This document shows positions 20,283 through 29,280 of a stretch of 33,541 nucleotides of DNA, piece after piece. This DNA comes from a virus (taxonomy: Duplodnaviria; Heunggongvirae; Uroviricota; Caudoviricetes). The first letter of the stretch is position 1; every line of letters starts with the position of its first letter. Both the position numbers and the translations under genes were made by a program. Below the pieces are notes generated by a model. That model was not told the DNA's origin and made no database searches. It saw only the letters and a program-made list of their open reading frames with translations. The stretch is taken from IMG/VR virus record IMGVR_UViG_2627853869_000007, one strand, 5' to 3'.

Positions 20283-20676
20283 AGCAGTGCCTTATGTCCG
20301 TAATAACCCGGACAAACTGCATCTGTTTGTGGATAACGGTTCGCTGGTTGCCTCCGGGGCTAGCTCCATGTCATGGGAGTACCGCTACACCCTGAACGTG
20401 GTGATTGAAGATTTCAGCGGCGACCAGAATCTGCTGATGGCCCCGGTTTTGCTGTGGCTGCGGGATAACCAGCCCGATGCGATCAATAACCCGGCGTTAC
20501 GGGAAAAGCTATTCACCTTTGAGGTGGATATTCTGCGCAACGATGTCTGTGATATCAGCCTTAACCTGCAACTGACGGAGCGTGTGCTGGTCAGCACTGA
20601 CGGCAGTGTGTCGAACGTTGAAGCGGTAGCGGAACCTGATGAACCTGAAGAAATGTGGACGGTGAAACGTGGCTGA
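20245..20676 (+). CDS. R: tail completion protein GpR
   Basis: ...LHLFVDNGSL...RYTLNVVIEDFSGDQNLLMAPVLLWLRDNQPD...; start probably GTG at 20245 after AGGAGCG. Confidence 0.8.
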   Translation: MNKPQSLRHALNKAVPYVRNNPDKLHLFVDNGSLVASGASSMSWEYRYTLNVVIEDFSGDQNLLMAPVLLWLRDNQPDAINNPALREKLFTFEVDILRNDVCDISLNLQLTERVLVSTDGSVSNVEAVAEPDEPEEMWTVKRG

Positions 20677-21112
20677 ATTGCAGAAGGTGGACGACTGGCT
20701 GAGTGCATTATTGGCGAATCTGGAGCCAGCCGCAAGAAGCCGCATGATGCGCCAGCTGGCGCAGGAACTGCGCCGGACACAGCAGCAGAACATCAGGATG
20801 CAGCGCAATCCTGATGGCAGCAGTTATGAGCCGCGCAGGGTAACAGCACGCAGCAAAAAGGGGTGCATCAAACGTCAGATGTTTACAAAGCTGCGCACCA
20901 CAAAATACCTGAAAACTGCAGCCAGCGCCGATTCTGCCAGCGTACAGTTTGAAGGTAGGGTGCAGCGCATTGCCCGTATTCACCATTACGGCTTGAGTGA
21001 TCGCGTCAGTCGAAAAGGTATTTATACCATCTATGCGAAAAGGCAGTTATTAGGTTTTAATGTCCAATCTATTGAGTTAATTGAAAGAATGTTCATTAAA
21101 AACCTAACTTGA
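20669..21112 (+). CDS. S: tail completion protein GpS (appears complete; 3' end AT-rich)
   Basis: 147-aa ORF ...MMRQLAQELRRTQQQNIRMQRNPDGS...IARIHHYGL...YAKRQLLGF...; P2 S-like through the C-terminus. Confidence 0.75.
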   Translation: MAELQKVDDWLSALLANLEPAARSRMMRQLAQELRRTQQQNIRMQRNPDGSSYEPRRVTARSKKGCIKRQMFTKLRTTKYLKTAASADSASVQFEGRVQRIARIHHYGLSDRVSRKGIYTIYAKRQLLGFNVQSIELIERMFIKNLT

Positions 21113-21190
21113 TTTTTATTTGTTTTCAATTGAGTGGTAATGCTGCCAACTTACTGATTTAGTGTATGATGGTGATTTTAAGGTGCTTGC

Positions 21191-21466
21191 GTGGCTTCCA
21201 TTTCCATCAGATGTCCTTCCTGCTCCGCTACTGAAGGCGTGGTGCGTAACGGCAAAAGCACTGCCGGACATCAGCGCTATCTCTGCTCTCATTGCCGTAA
21301 AACATGGCAACTACAGTTCACTTACACCGCCTCTCAGCCCGGTACGCACCAGAAAATCATTGATATGGCCATGAATGGCGTCGGATGTCGCGCCAGTGCA
21401 CGCATTATGGGCGTTGGCCTCAACACGGTTTTACGTCACTTAAAAAACTCAGGCCGCAGTCGGTAA
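21191..21466 (+). CDS. insA: IS1 InsA
   Basis: Identical 91-aa translation to copy A. Confidence 0.9.
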   Translation: MASISIRCPSCSATEGVVRNGKSTAGHQRYLCSHCRKTWQLQFTYTASQPGTHQKIIDMAMNGVGCRASARIMGVGLNTVLRHLKNSGRSR

Positions 21467-21888
21467 CCTCGCGCATACAACCGGGCAGTGATGTGATTGT
21501 CTGCGCTGAAATGGACGAACAGTGGGGCTACGTCGGTGCTAAATCACGTCAGCGCTGGCTGTTTTACGCGTATGACAGGATACGGAGGACGGTTGTGGCG
21601 CACGTCTTCGGTGAACGCACTCTGGCCACACTGGAGCGTCTTCTGAGCCTGCTGTCGGCCTTTGAGGTCGTGGTATGGATGACGGATGGCTGGCCGCTGT
21701 ATGAATCACGCCTGAAGGGAAAGCTGCACGTTATCAGCAAGCGTTACACTCAGCGCATTGAGCGACATAATCTGAATCTGAGACAACATCTGGCAAGGCT
21801 GGGACGGAAGTCACTGTCGTTCTCAAAATCGGTGGAGCTGCATGACAAGGTCATCGGGCATTATCTGAACATAAAACACTATCAGTAA
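21385..21888 (+). CDS. insB: IS1 InsB
   Basis: Identical 167-aa translation to copy A. Confidence 0.9.
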   Translation: MSRQCTHYGRWPQHGFTSLKKLRPQSVTSRIQPGSDVIVCAEMDEQWGYVGAKSRQRWLFYAYDRIRRTVVAHVFGERTLATLERLLSLLSAFEVVVWMTDGWPLYESRLKGKLHVISKRYTQRIERHNLNLRQHLARLGRKSLSFSKSVELHDKVIGHYLNIKHYQ

Positions 21889-21903
21889 GTTGGAGTCATT
21901 ACC

Positions 21904-22002
21904 CACCCGACTTAACGCCGTGTTGGATTACATTGACGCGGTGGCGGCAACAGATACCAGCACCGCGCCGGATGTCATCTGGCCTGAACTGCCGGAGGCG
22001 TA
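21904..22002 (+). pseudogene. tail fiber assembly gene, 3' remnant (5' part removed by IS1)
   Basis: Frame from 21904 reads ...NAVLDYIDAVAATDTSTAPDVIWPELPEA*, a typical tail-fiber-assembly C-terminus; converges on and overlaps the 3' end of the opposite-strand tfa gene. Confidence 0.6.
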
Positions 22003-22412
22003 GGCCATTCAATATCTGGAGCACTGGAGGTATCAATCAGTTCCAGTGCGTCCAGATAATCCAGCCACAAATTATATTGCGCCAGTTCCTCACCTTTCAG
22101 ACGACCAATAGCGGCTTTACCGGGCCATTGTTTACTGTTCATGTATTCGTTGGCCTGATTAAGCAATAATTGCCTTTCTGATTCTGCCTGTTGAATAAGT
22201 TCTTCATATGATGGTGGAGGTATTAGTGCCCATGTGGGTAATCCATTTTTTCCTGCAACACGAATTTTGTCATCTGGGGGCGTATTGATTGCAAATTCAT
22301 TATAAACATCATCACTGACAGCCAGAGCATCATCTGGCCATGAATTTGCATTAATGTAATCATCCTTAAGCGCAGGATTCACAAAAATGTTTAAAGATGG
22401 ACTATAAAACAT
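21975..22412 (-). CDS. tail fiber assembly protein (Tfa/U-type chaperone) of the invertible segment
   Basis: 145-aa ORF ...NSKQWPGKAAIGRLKGEELAQYNLWLDYLDALELIDTSSAPDIEWP... Confidence 0.8.
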   Translation of the reverse strand: MFYSPSLNIFVNPALKDDYINANSWPDDALAVSDDVYNEFAINTPPDDKIRVAGKNGLPTWALIPPPSYEELIQQAESERQLLLNQANEYMNSKQWPGKAAIGRLKGEELAQYNLWLDYLDALELIDTSSAPDIEWPTPPAVQAR

Positions 22413-22413
22413 A

Positions 22414-22803
22414 TTAAACCCCTATAGCGATATAACGACCTAATACAGCATTTGCAGCAGTCGCTATGCTTGAAAAACCGCGGAACTGATTTGATGTAAT
22501 TGCAGAAGCCGACAGGATTCCTGCGCCTGAAGGTGTATGCCCCACATGACTAACTATCATCCCATAACATGCTGACGGAAAGGCAAAAGGAAAATCATTA
22601 AGATATCCTGCATCTTCACCACCAGACCCACCAAATCTCGCCTGCCCCCACTGAATAATCAGTGTTCTCCGGGAACCTGAAATAATTAACGGAATCGTTA
22701 CATACCCATTCAGGCCAATGACACCCGATGCAGTGCCAGCCAGAGATAATTCTCCCAAACCAACGTTTAAGAAAATGCAGAGATAATGGCTAACTGGCAT
22801 CAT
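22414..22803 (-). CDS. tail fibre C-terminal variable segment (alternative cassette; constant part absent)
   Basis: 129-aa ORF immediately upstream of tfa on the same strand; its 5' end contains the recombination site, so the N-terminal residues are read-in sequence. Confidence 0.6.
   Translation of the reverse strand: MMPVSHYLCIFLNVGLGELSLAGTASGVIGLNGYVTIPLIISGSRRTLIIQWGQARFGGSGGEDAGYLNDFPFAFPSACYGMIVSHVGHTPSGAGILSASAITSNQFRGFSSIATAANAVLGRYIAIGV
22750..22775. promoter_or_regulatory. serine-invertase crossover site (gix/hix/pix-like)
   Basis: TTCTCCCAAACCAACGTTTAAGAAAA fits the 26-bp pattern TTCTC..AAACC...GTTT..GA.AA of Hin/Gin/Pin inversion sites; lies inside the tail-fibre segment about 55 bp before the invertase start. 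Confidence 0.5.
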
Positions 22804-22829
22804 CCCCGGTTTTTATTCAGGGGATTGAT

Positions 22830-23397
22830 CATGCTTATTGGCTATGTACGCGTGTCAACAAATGACCAGAACACCGATTTGCAACGTAATGCACTGAACT
22901 GCGCGGGATGTGAGCGGATTTTTGAGGATAAAATCAGTGGCACTAAGCCCGACAGACCGGGGCTTAAAAAACTGCTCAGGACACTATCGGCAGGAGACAC
23001 GCTGGTTGTCTGGAAGCTGGACAGACTGGGACGCAGTATGCGGCATCTTGTTACGCTGATAGAAGAGTTGCGCCAGCGTGGTGTGAATTTCCGAAGCCTG
23101 ACTGACAGTATTGATACCAGTACCCCAATGGGCCGTTTCTTTTTTCACGTCATGGGGGCTCTGGCTGAAATGGAACGTGAACTGATAGTTGAACGTACCA
23201 GAGCAGGGCTGGCTGCAGCTCGTGCCAAAGGCAGAGTAGGTGGACGCCGTCCTAAGTTGACCACCGAACAGTGGGCACAGATTGGACGTTTACTCGAGGC
23301 CGGAGAATCAAGACAGCGTATTGCACTGATTTTTGATGTGGGCGTTTCTACCATTTATAGAAAATTTCCGGCGAATGAGAGCAATGAATCGCCCTGA
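22830..23397 (+). CDS. serine site-specific DNA invertase (Hin/Gin/Pin/Cin family)
   Basis: MLIGYVRVSTNDQNTDLQRNAL...TLVVWKLDRLGRSMRHL... with catalytic Ser in VRVSTNDQ and C-terminal HTH. Confidence 0.9.
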
Positions 23398-23445
23398 GTC
23401 AGTATTATTTTGATTTTTCCTGTAAGCGGACAAATACCGTCATTT

Positions 23446-23463
23446 TGTGTGAATAACGACACA
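23446..23463. promoter_or_regulatory. Ogr-type late promoter element TGT-N12-ACA upstream of FI
   Basis: TGTGTGAATAACGACACA, about 75-95 bp upstream of the FI start codon. Confidence 0.5.
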
Positions 23464-23539
23464 ACTGCGCTTAGCTGTTTGTCAGGCACAATCACTTCAA
23501 CATAGGGCGAAGCCTAATCCAATCAGGAGGTTCGCCACT

Positions 23540-24712
23540 ATGGCTCAGGATTACCACCACGGGGTGCGCGTTGTTGAAGTCAACGAAGGCACCCGATCCA
23601 TTACCACGGTGAGCACCGCCATCGTGGGTATGGTCTGCACGGGCGATGATGCCGATGCAAAAATGTTTCCTCTTAATAAACCTGTGCTGATCACTGATGT
23701 GCTGACCGCCAGCGGTAAAGCGGGTGAGTCTGGCACGCTGGCCCGTTCGCTGGATGCCATCGCTGACCAGGCAAAACCCGTGACCGTTGTTGTGCGTGTG
23801 CCGCAGGGTGAAACGGAAGAAGAAACCACAACCAATATCATTGGCGCAGTGACCGCCGAGGGTAAAAAAACAGGTATGAAAGCCCTGTTATCTGCCCAGT
23901 CACAGCTCGGCGTTAAACCGCGCATTCTCGGCGTGCCAGGTCACGACACGAAGGCGGTAGCTACTGAGTTGCTGAGCGTGGCGCAAAGCCTGCGTGGATT
24001 TGCTTACCTGTCAGCGTATGGTTGCAAGACGGTGCAGGAAGCAATCACTTACCGTGAAAACTTCAGTCAGCGTGAAGGAATGCTGATCTGGCCCGACTTT
24101 ACTGGCTGGGACACGGTGCTGAATGCCGAAGCAACGGCTTATGCCACCGCCCGTGCGCTCGGTCTGCGCGCTAAAATTGATGAGCAGACCGGATGGCACA
24201 AAAGCCTGTCCAACGTGGGCGTGAACGGTGTCACCGGAATTTCTGCTGATGTGTTCTGGGATCTGCAGGACCCGGCAACCGATGCAGGTCTGCTTAACCA
24301 GAACGATATCACCACGCTTATCCGCAAAGACGGTTTCCGCTTCTGGGGTTCCCGCTGTCTGAGCGATGATCCGCTCTTTGCCTTCGAAAACTACACCCGC
24401 ACGGCGCAGGTGCTGATGGACACGATGGCAGAAGCGCACATGTGGGCGGTGGACAAACCGCTGAACCCGTCGCTGGCCCGCGACATTATCGAAGGTATCC
24501 GCGCCAAAATGCGTAGCCTGGTCAGTCAGGGCTATCTCATTGGTGGTGATTGCTGGCTGGACGAGTCGGTGAACGATAAAGACACGCTGAAAGCCGGGAA
24601 ACTCACCATCGATTACGACTACACGCCAGTGCCGCCACTTGAAAACCTGATGCTGCGTCAGCGCATCACCGATCAGTACCTGGTGAATTTCTCCAGCCAG
24701 GTCAGCGCGTAA
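23540..24712 (+). CDS. FI: tail sheath protein FI
   Basis: 390-aa [38 protein letters not shown]... P2 FI-like. Confidence 0.9.
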   Translation: MAQDYHHGVRVVEVNEGTRSITTVSTAIVGMVCTGDDADAKMFPLNKPVLITDVLTASGKAGESGTLARSLDAIADQAKPVTVVVRVPQGETEEETTTNIIGAVTAEGKKTGMKALLSAQSQLGVKPRILGVPGHDTKAVATELLSVAQSLRGFAYLSAYGCKTVQEAITYRENFSQREGMLIWPDFTGWDTVLNAEATAYATARALGLRAKIDEQTGWHKSLSNVGVNGVTGISADVFWDLQDPATDAGLLNQNDITTLIRKDGFRFWGSRCLSDDPLFAFENYTRTAQVLMDTMAEAHMWAVDKPLNPSLARDIIEGIRAKMRSLVSQGYLIGGDCWLDESVNDKDTLKAGKLTIDYDYTPVPPLENLMLRQRITDQYLVNFSSQVSA

Positions 24713-24721
24713 GGGGACAAC

Positions 24722-25237
24722 ATGGCTTTACCACGCAAATTAAAACACCTGAACCTGTTTAACGACGGGAACAACTGGCAGGGGATCGTTGAGTCGCTGA
24801 CGCTGCCGAAATTCACCCGCAAATATGAGAAGTATCGCGGCGGCGGTATGCCCGGAGCGGTGGATGTGGATCTGGGACTGGATGACAGTGCACTGGATAC
24901 AGAATTTTCCATTGGTGGTACTGAACTGCTGCTGTTTAAGCAGATGGGCAAAGCCACGGTGGATGGCATCCAGCTGCGCTTTACCGGCTCTATTCAGCGT
25001 GATGATACCGGGGAAGTGCAGGCCGTGGAGCTTGTGGTGCGTGGACGTCACAAAGAAGTAGATTCCGGCGAGTGGAAGACGGGCGAAAGCAACACTACCA
25101 AAGTGACCAGTACCAACAGCTACGCGAAGCTGACCATCAATGGTGAGGTGCTCTATGAAGTGGACCTGATCAACATGGTGGAAATTGTGGACGGTGTGGA
25201 CCTGATGGAAGCGCACCGCAACGCCCTCGGCCTCTGA
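24722..25237 (+). CDS. FII: tail tube protein FII
   Basis: 171-aa ORF MALPRKLKHLNLFNDGNNWQG... P2 FII-like. Confidence 0.9.
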   Translation: MALPRKLKHLNLFNDGNNWQGIVESLTLPKFTRKYEKYRGGGMPGAVDVDLGLDDSALDTEFSIGGTELLLFKQMGKATVDGIQLRFTGSIQRDDTGEVQAVELVVRGRHKEVDSGEWKTGESNTTKVTSTNSYAKLTINGEVLYEVDLINMVEIVDGVDLMEAHRNALGL

Positions 25238-25291
25238 TGTATCTGAACGGCGCGGAATGCCGCGCCAGAACCTAATTTACAGGACAACAAA

Positions 25292-25594
25292 ATGAGCGAT
25301 AAGCAGACTGAAAAGACCATTCAACTGGATACTCCCATCATGCGCGGTAAAACAGAAATTACCGAAATTGTGTTGCGTAAACCGCAGTCCGGTGCGCTGC
25401 GCGGCACACGCCTGCAGGCCATTATGGATATGGATGTGAACGCGATGATGACCGTGATCCCCCGCATCTCCAGTCCGGCACTGACTGCACAGGAAATTGC
25501 AGAGATGGACCCGGCAGATCTCACTGCCATGTCGGTTGAGGTTGTCACTTTTTTGTTGAAGAAGTCGGTGCTTGCCGGTTTACCGACAGCCTGA
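25292..25594 (+). CDS. E: tail assembly chaperone GpE
   Basis: 100-aa ORF preceding the tape-measure gene; contains the slippery heptamer T-TTT-TTG. Confidence 0.8.
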   Translation: MSDKQTEKTIQLDTPIMRGKTEITEIVLRKPQSGALRGTRLQAIMDMDVNAMMTVIPRISSPALTAQEIAEMDPADLTAMSVEVVTFLLKKSVLAGLPTA

Positions 25595-25728
25595 CGGTTG
25601 ACGATCTGGTGGCTGATATCGCCACCATCTTTCACTGGCCGCCATCCGTTACTGACGTTATGCCGCTGACCGAAGTGCTGGAATGGCGGGATAAAGCGAT
25701 TCAGAGAAGCGGGGCCAGCCATGAGTGA
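25292..25728 (+). CDS. GpE+E' fusion produced by programmed -1 frameshift at T-TTT-TTG (25549-25555)
   Basis: From 25555 the -1 frame is open for 57 codons to the TGA at 25726-25728, which overlaps the T start codon. Confidence 0.6.
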
Positions 25729-28700
25729 CAATAACCTGCGTCTGCAGGTGATTCTTAATGCGGTTGACAAACTCACCCGCCCATTTCGATCCGCGCAGGC
25801 CAGTTCAAGAGAACTGGCTGCTGCTGTCAAAAAATCCCGCGATGCAATAAAGCAGCTTGATCAGGCCGGGAGCAGTCTGGACAGCTTCCGAAAGCTGCAG
25901 GCAGAAAATCAGAAATTAGGCGACAGGCTGAACTATGCCCGCCAGCGTGCAAATTTGCTCAGTCAGGAACTGGGAGCGATGGGGCCGCCTTCGCAACGTC
26001 AGGTTGTTGCTCTGGGCCGTCAACGGCTGGCTGTTCAGCGCCTAGAAGAACGCCAGAAAAAGCTGCAGCAGCAGACGGCGCTTGTGCGTGCAGAACTTTA
26101 TCGTGCTGGTATTTCAGCTAATGATGGCGCCAGTGCGACGGCCCGCATTACCCGTGAAACGATGCGTTATAACAGGCAGCTTTCTGAGCAGGAAGCGAGG
26201 TTACGACGTGTCGGGGAGCAACAGCGAAAAATGCACGCCGCCCGGGGGGCTTACGCCAGGCGTCTTGAGGTAAGGGATCGTATTGCAGGTGCCGGAGCCA
26301 CCACCACGGCTGCAGGGCTGGCAATGGGCGCACCAGTGATGGCGGCAGTAAAAAGCTATACCAGCATGGAAGATGCCATGAAAGGTGTGGCAAAGCAGGT
26401 CAATGGTCTGCGTGACGATAATGGCAACCGCACTGCGCGTTTTTACGAAATGCAGGGTGCCATCAAGGCTGCCAGCGAACAGTTGCCGATGGAAAACGGT
26501 GCTGTGGACTTCGCCGCACTGGTTGAAGGTGGTGCGCGCATGAACGTCGCAAACCCTGACGACAGCTGGGAAGACCAGAAACGTGACCTGCTGGCCTTCG
26601 CCAGCACGGCGGCAAAGGCGGCAACAGCCTTTGAACTGCCAGCGGATGAACTGTCAGAAAGTCTGGGGAAAATCGCCCAGCTCTACAAAATCCCTACCCG
26701 CAATATTGAGCAGCTCGGTGATGCGCTGAACTATCTGGATGATAACGCCATGTCGAAAGGGGCGGACATCATTGATGTCATGCAACGCCTGGGCGGTGTG
26801 GCTGACCGTCTGGATTATCGTAAAGCGGCGGCGCTGGGTTCCACCTTCCTGACACTCGGCGCTGCGCCTGAGGTTGCAGCCAGTGCAGCAAACGCGATGG
26901 TGCGTGAATTGTCCATTGCCACCATGCAAAGCAAGAGTTTCTTTGAAGGGATGAATCTGCTGAAACTCAATCCAGAAGTGATTGAAAAGCAGATGACGAA
27001 GGATGCGATGGGAACTATCCAGCGGGTGCTGGAGAAGGTGAATGCGCTGCCACAGGATAAGCGCCTGTCTGCCATGACCATGTTGTTTGGTAAAGAGTTT
27101 GGCGATGACGCAGCGAAACTGGCAAACAACCTGCCGGAACTTCAGCGCCAGTTAAAACTGACTGCGGGCAATGATGCGCTCGGTTCCATGCAGAAAGAAT
27201 CCGACATCAACAAGGATTCACTTTCTGCTCAGTGGTTGCTGGTCAAAACCGGAGCACAGAACACCTTCAGCAGCCTGGGGGAAACGCTGCGCCAGCCGCT
27301 GATGGATATTCTGTACACGGTGAAAAGCGTCACGGGGGCGTTGCGTCGCTGGGTGGAAGCTAACCCGGAACTGACGGGCACTCTGATGAAAGTAGCCGCT
27401 GTGGTAGCTGCCGTTACCGTGGGCCTCGGCACCTTAGCGGTGGCGCTGGCTGCAGTGCTGGGGCCGCTGGCAGTCATCCGTCTGGGATTCTCTGTGCTGG
27501 GTATCAAAACGTTACCTTCCGTTACGGCAACAGTAACCCGAACCAGCAACGCGTTGTCCTGGCTGGCTGGCGCACCACTGGCACTGCTGCGACGCGGGCT
27601 TGCTTCATCGGGCAACGCTGCAGGTTTACTTACTGCGCCGTTGTCGTCTTTGCGCCGCACGGCATCACTGACGGGAAATGTCCTGAAAACTGTAGCAGGT
27701 GCGCCGGTTGCACTTTTGCGGTCTGGATTATCCGGTTTACGTGCGGTTGCTGTGATGTTTATGAATCCACTGGCGGTACTACGCGGCGGACTGGCTGCCA
27801 CAGGCACGGTGCTGCGTATGCTCGCATCCGGTCCACTGGCGATGCTGCGCGTTGCCCTGTATGCCGTCTCTGGTCTGTTAGGTGCTCTGCTCAGTCTGAT
27901 AGGTCTTGTGGTTACTGCACTGGCGGGTGTGGCGCTGGTTGTCTGGAAATACTGGCAGCCCATCACCGCATTTCTCGGTGGCGTGGTGGAAGGATTCAAA
28001 GCGGCGGCAGGTCCTGTCAGTGCCGCGTTCGAACCGCTTAAGCCTGTGTTCCAGTGGATTGGCGACAAAGTACAGGCGCTGTGGGGCTGGTTTACTGATC
28101 TGCTGACGCCCGTTAAGTCGACCTCTGCCGAACTGCAGAGTGCAGCGGCAATGGGGCGACGATTCGGGGAGGCTCTGGCGGAAGGGCTGAATATGGTCAT
28201 GCATCCGCTGGACTCCCTGAAATCCGGCGTTTCCTGGTTGCTGGAGAAACTTGGCATTGTCAGTAAAGAGGCCGCAAAGGCGAAACTGCCGGAAAGCGTG
28301 ACGCGTCAGCAACCTGCGACGGTGAATGCAGACGGTAAAGTGATGATGCCATCGGGTGGTTTTCCGTCATGGGGATATGGCTTTGCGGGGATGTATGACA
28401 GCGGCGGGTATATCCCGCGCGGGCAGTTTGGCATCGTCGGTGAAAACGGGCCGGAAATTGTTAACGGCCCGGCAAATGTGACCAGCCGGAGAAATACAGC
28501 TGCACTGGCTGCCGTTGTTGCCGGAATGATGGGTGTTGCTGCTACGCCAGCAGAGCTTCCACCGTTGCACCCTTTGGCACTTCCCGCGAAAGGCGGTGAA
28601 GCGATGGTGAGTCGTGCAGCCACTGTGCCGCCCGTTCAACGGATTGAGGCACCGATGCAGATCATCATTCAAACGCAGCCAGGACAAAGTGCGCAGGATA

Positions 28701-28798
28701 TTGCGCGGGAGGTGGCCCGCCAGCTTGATGAACGTGAACGCAGGCTGAAGGCAAAAGCCAGGAGTAACTACAGCGATCAGGGGGGATACGACGCATGA
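25721..28798 (+). CDS. T: tail tape measure protein GpT
   Basis: 1025-aa ORF with coiled-coil N-terminus and Ala/Gly/Leu-rich hydrophobic repeats. Confidence 0.85.
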   Translation: MSDNNLRLQVILNAVDKLTRPFRSAQASSRELAAAVKKSRDAIKQLDQAGSSLDSFRKLQAENQKLGDRLNYARQRANLLSQELGAMGPPSQRQVVALGRQRLAVQRLEERQKKLQQQTALVRAELYRAGISANDGASATARITRETMRYNRQLSEQEARLRRVGEQQRKMHAARGAYARRLEVRDRIAGAGATTTAAGLAMGAPVMAAVKSYTSMEDAMKGVAKQVNGLRDDNGNRTARFYEMQGAIKAASEQLPMENGAVDFAALVEGGARMNVANPDDSWEDQKRDLLAFASTAAKAATAFELPADELSESLGKIAQLYKIPTRNIEQLGDALNYLDDNAMSKGADIIDVMQRLGGVADRLDYRKAAALGSTFLTLGAAPEVAASAANAMVRELSIATMQSKSFFEGMNLLKLNPEVIEKQMTKDAMGTIQRVLEKVNALPQDKRLSAMTMLFGKEFGDDAAKLANNLPELQRQLKLTAGNDALGSMQKESDINKDSLSAQWLLVKTGAQNTFSSLGETLRQPLMDILYTVKSVTGALRRWVEANPELTGTLMKVAAVVAAVTVGLGTLAVALAAVLGPLAVIRLGFSVLGIKTLPSVTATVTRTSNALSWLAGAPLALLRRGLASSGNAAGLLTAPLSSLRRTASLTGNVLKTVAGAPVALLRSGLSGLRAVAVMFMNPLAVLRGGLAATGTVLRMLASGPLAMLRVALYAVSGLLGALLSLIGLVVTALAGVALVVWKYWQPITAFLGGVVEGFKAAAGPVSAAFEPLKPVFQWIGDKVQALWGWFTDLLTPVKSTSAELQSAAAMGRRFGEALAEGLNMVMHPLDSLKSGVSWLLEKLGIVSKEAAKAKLPESVTRQQPATVNADGKVMMPSGGFPSWGYGFAGMYDSGGYIPRGQFGIVGENGPEIVNGPANVTSRRNTAALAAVVAGMMGVAATPAELPPLHPLALPAKGGEAMVSRAATVPPVQRIEAPMQIIIQTQPGQSAQDIAREVARQLDERERRLKAKARSNYSDQGGYDA

Positions 28799-29280
28799 TG
28801 ATGGTGCTGGGATTGTACGTGTTTATGCTGCGCACCGTGCCGTATCAGGAGCTGCAGTATCAACGCAGCTGGCGACATGCGGCAAACAGCCGGGTAAACC
28901 GACGCCCGTCAACGCAGTTTCTGGGACCGGACAACGACATGCTGACGCTTTCTGGTGTTCTTATGCCGGAGGTAACGGGCGGCAGGCTGTCGTTGCTGGC
29001 TCTGGAGCAGATGGCAGAACAGGGAAAAGCATGGCCCCTGATTGAAGGCAGCGGCACGATTTACGGCATGTATGTGATTGAGGGACTGAATCAGACTAAA
29101 ACGGAGTTTTTCCGCGACGGTATGCCGCGCCGGATTGAGTTCACCCTGTCGCTAAAACGCGTGGATGAATCCCTGTCCGATATGTTCGGTGATCTCAGTG
29201 CGCAACTGAATAATCTGCAGGGAACGGCAACATCTGCCTTAAGCGATATCAGTAAAACGGTGGGAGGGCTGCTGTCGTGA
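28795..29280 (+). CDS. U: tail protein GpU
   Basis: 161-aa ORF at the P2 U position, overlapping T and D. Confidence 0.8.
   Translation: MMMVLGLYVFMLRTVPYQELQYQRSWRHAANSRVNRRPSTQFLGPDNDMLTLSGVLMPEVTGGRLSLLALEQMAEQGKAWPLIEGSGTIYGMYVIEGLNQTKTEFFRDGMPRRIEFTLSLKRVDESLSDMFGDLSAQLNNLQGTATSALSDISKTVGGLLS

Larger units (their letters stand above)
21136..21903 (+). mobile_element. IS1 copy B, inverted relative to copy A; no target-site duplication
   Basis: GGTAATGCTGCCAACTTACTGAT at 21136 and ...AAGTTGGAGTCATTACC ending about 21902; flanks CAATTGAGT and CACCCGACT differ. Confidence 0.9.

Noticed and set aside
20669-21112. Truncation of gene S by IS1
   Set aside because: The ORF ends with a conserved-looking S C-terminus and its own stop 23 bp before the IS1 terminal repeat; S appears complete.
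27229-28257. 342-aa minus-strand ORF rich in Ser/Ala/Pro/Arg
   Set aside because: Antisense to the tape-measure gene in a repeat-rich region; composition typical of shadow ORFs.
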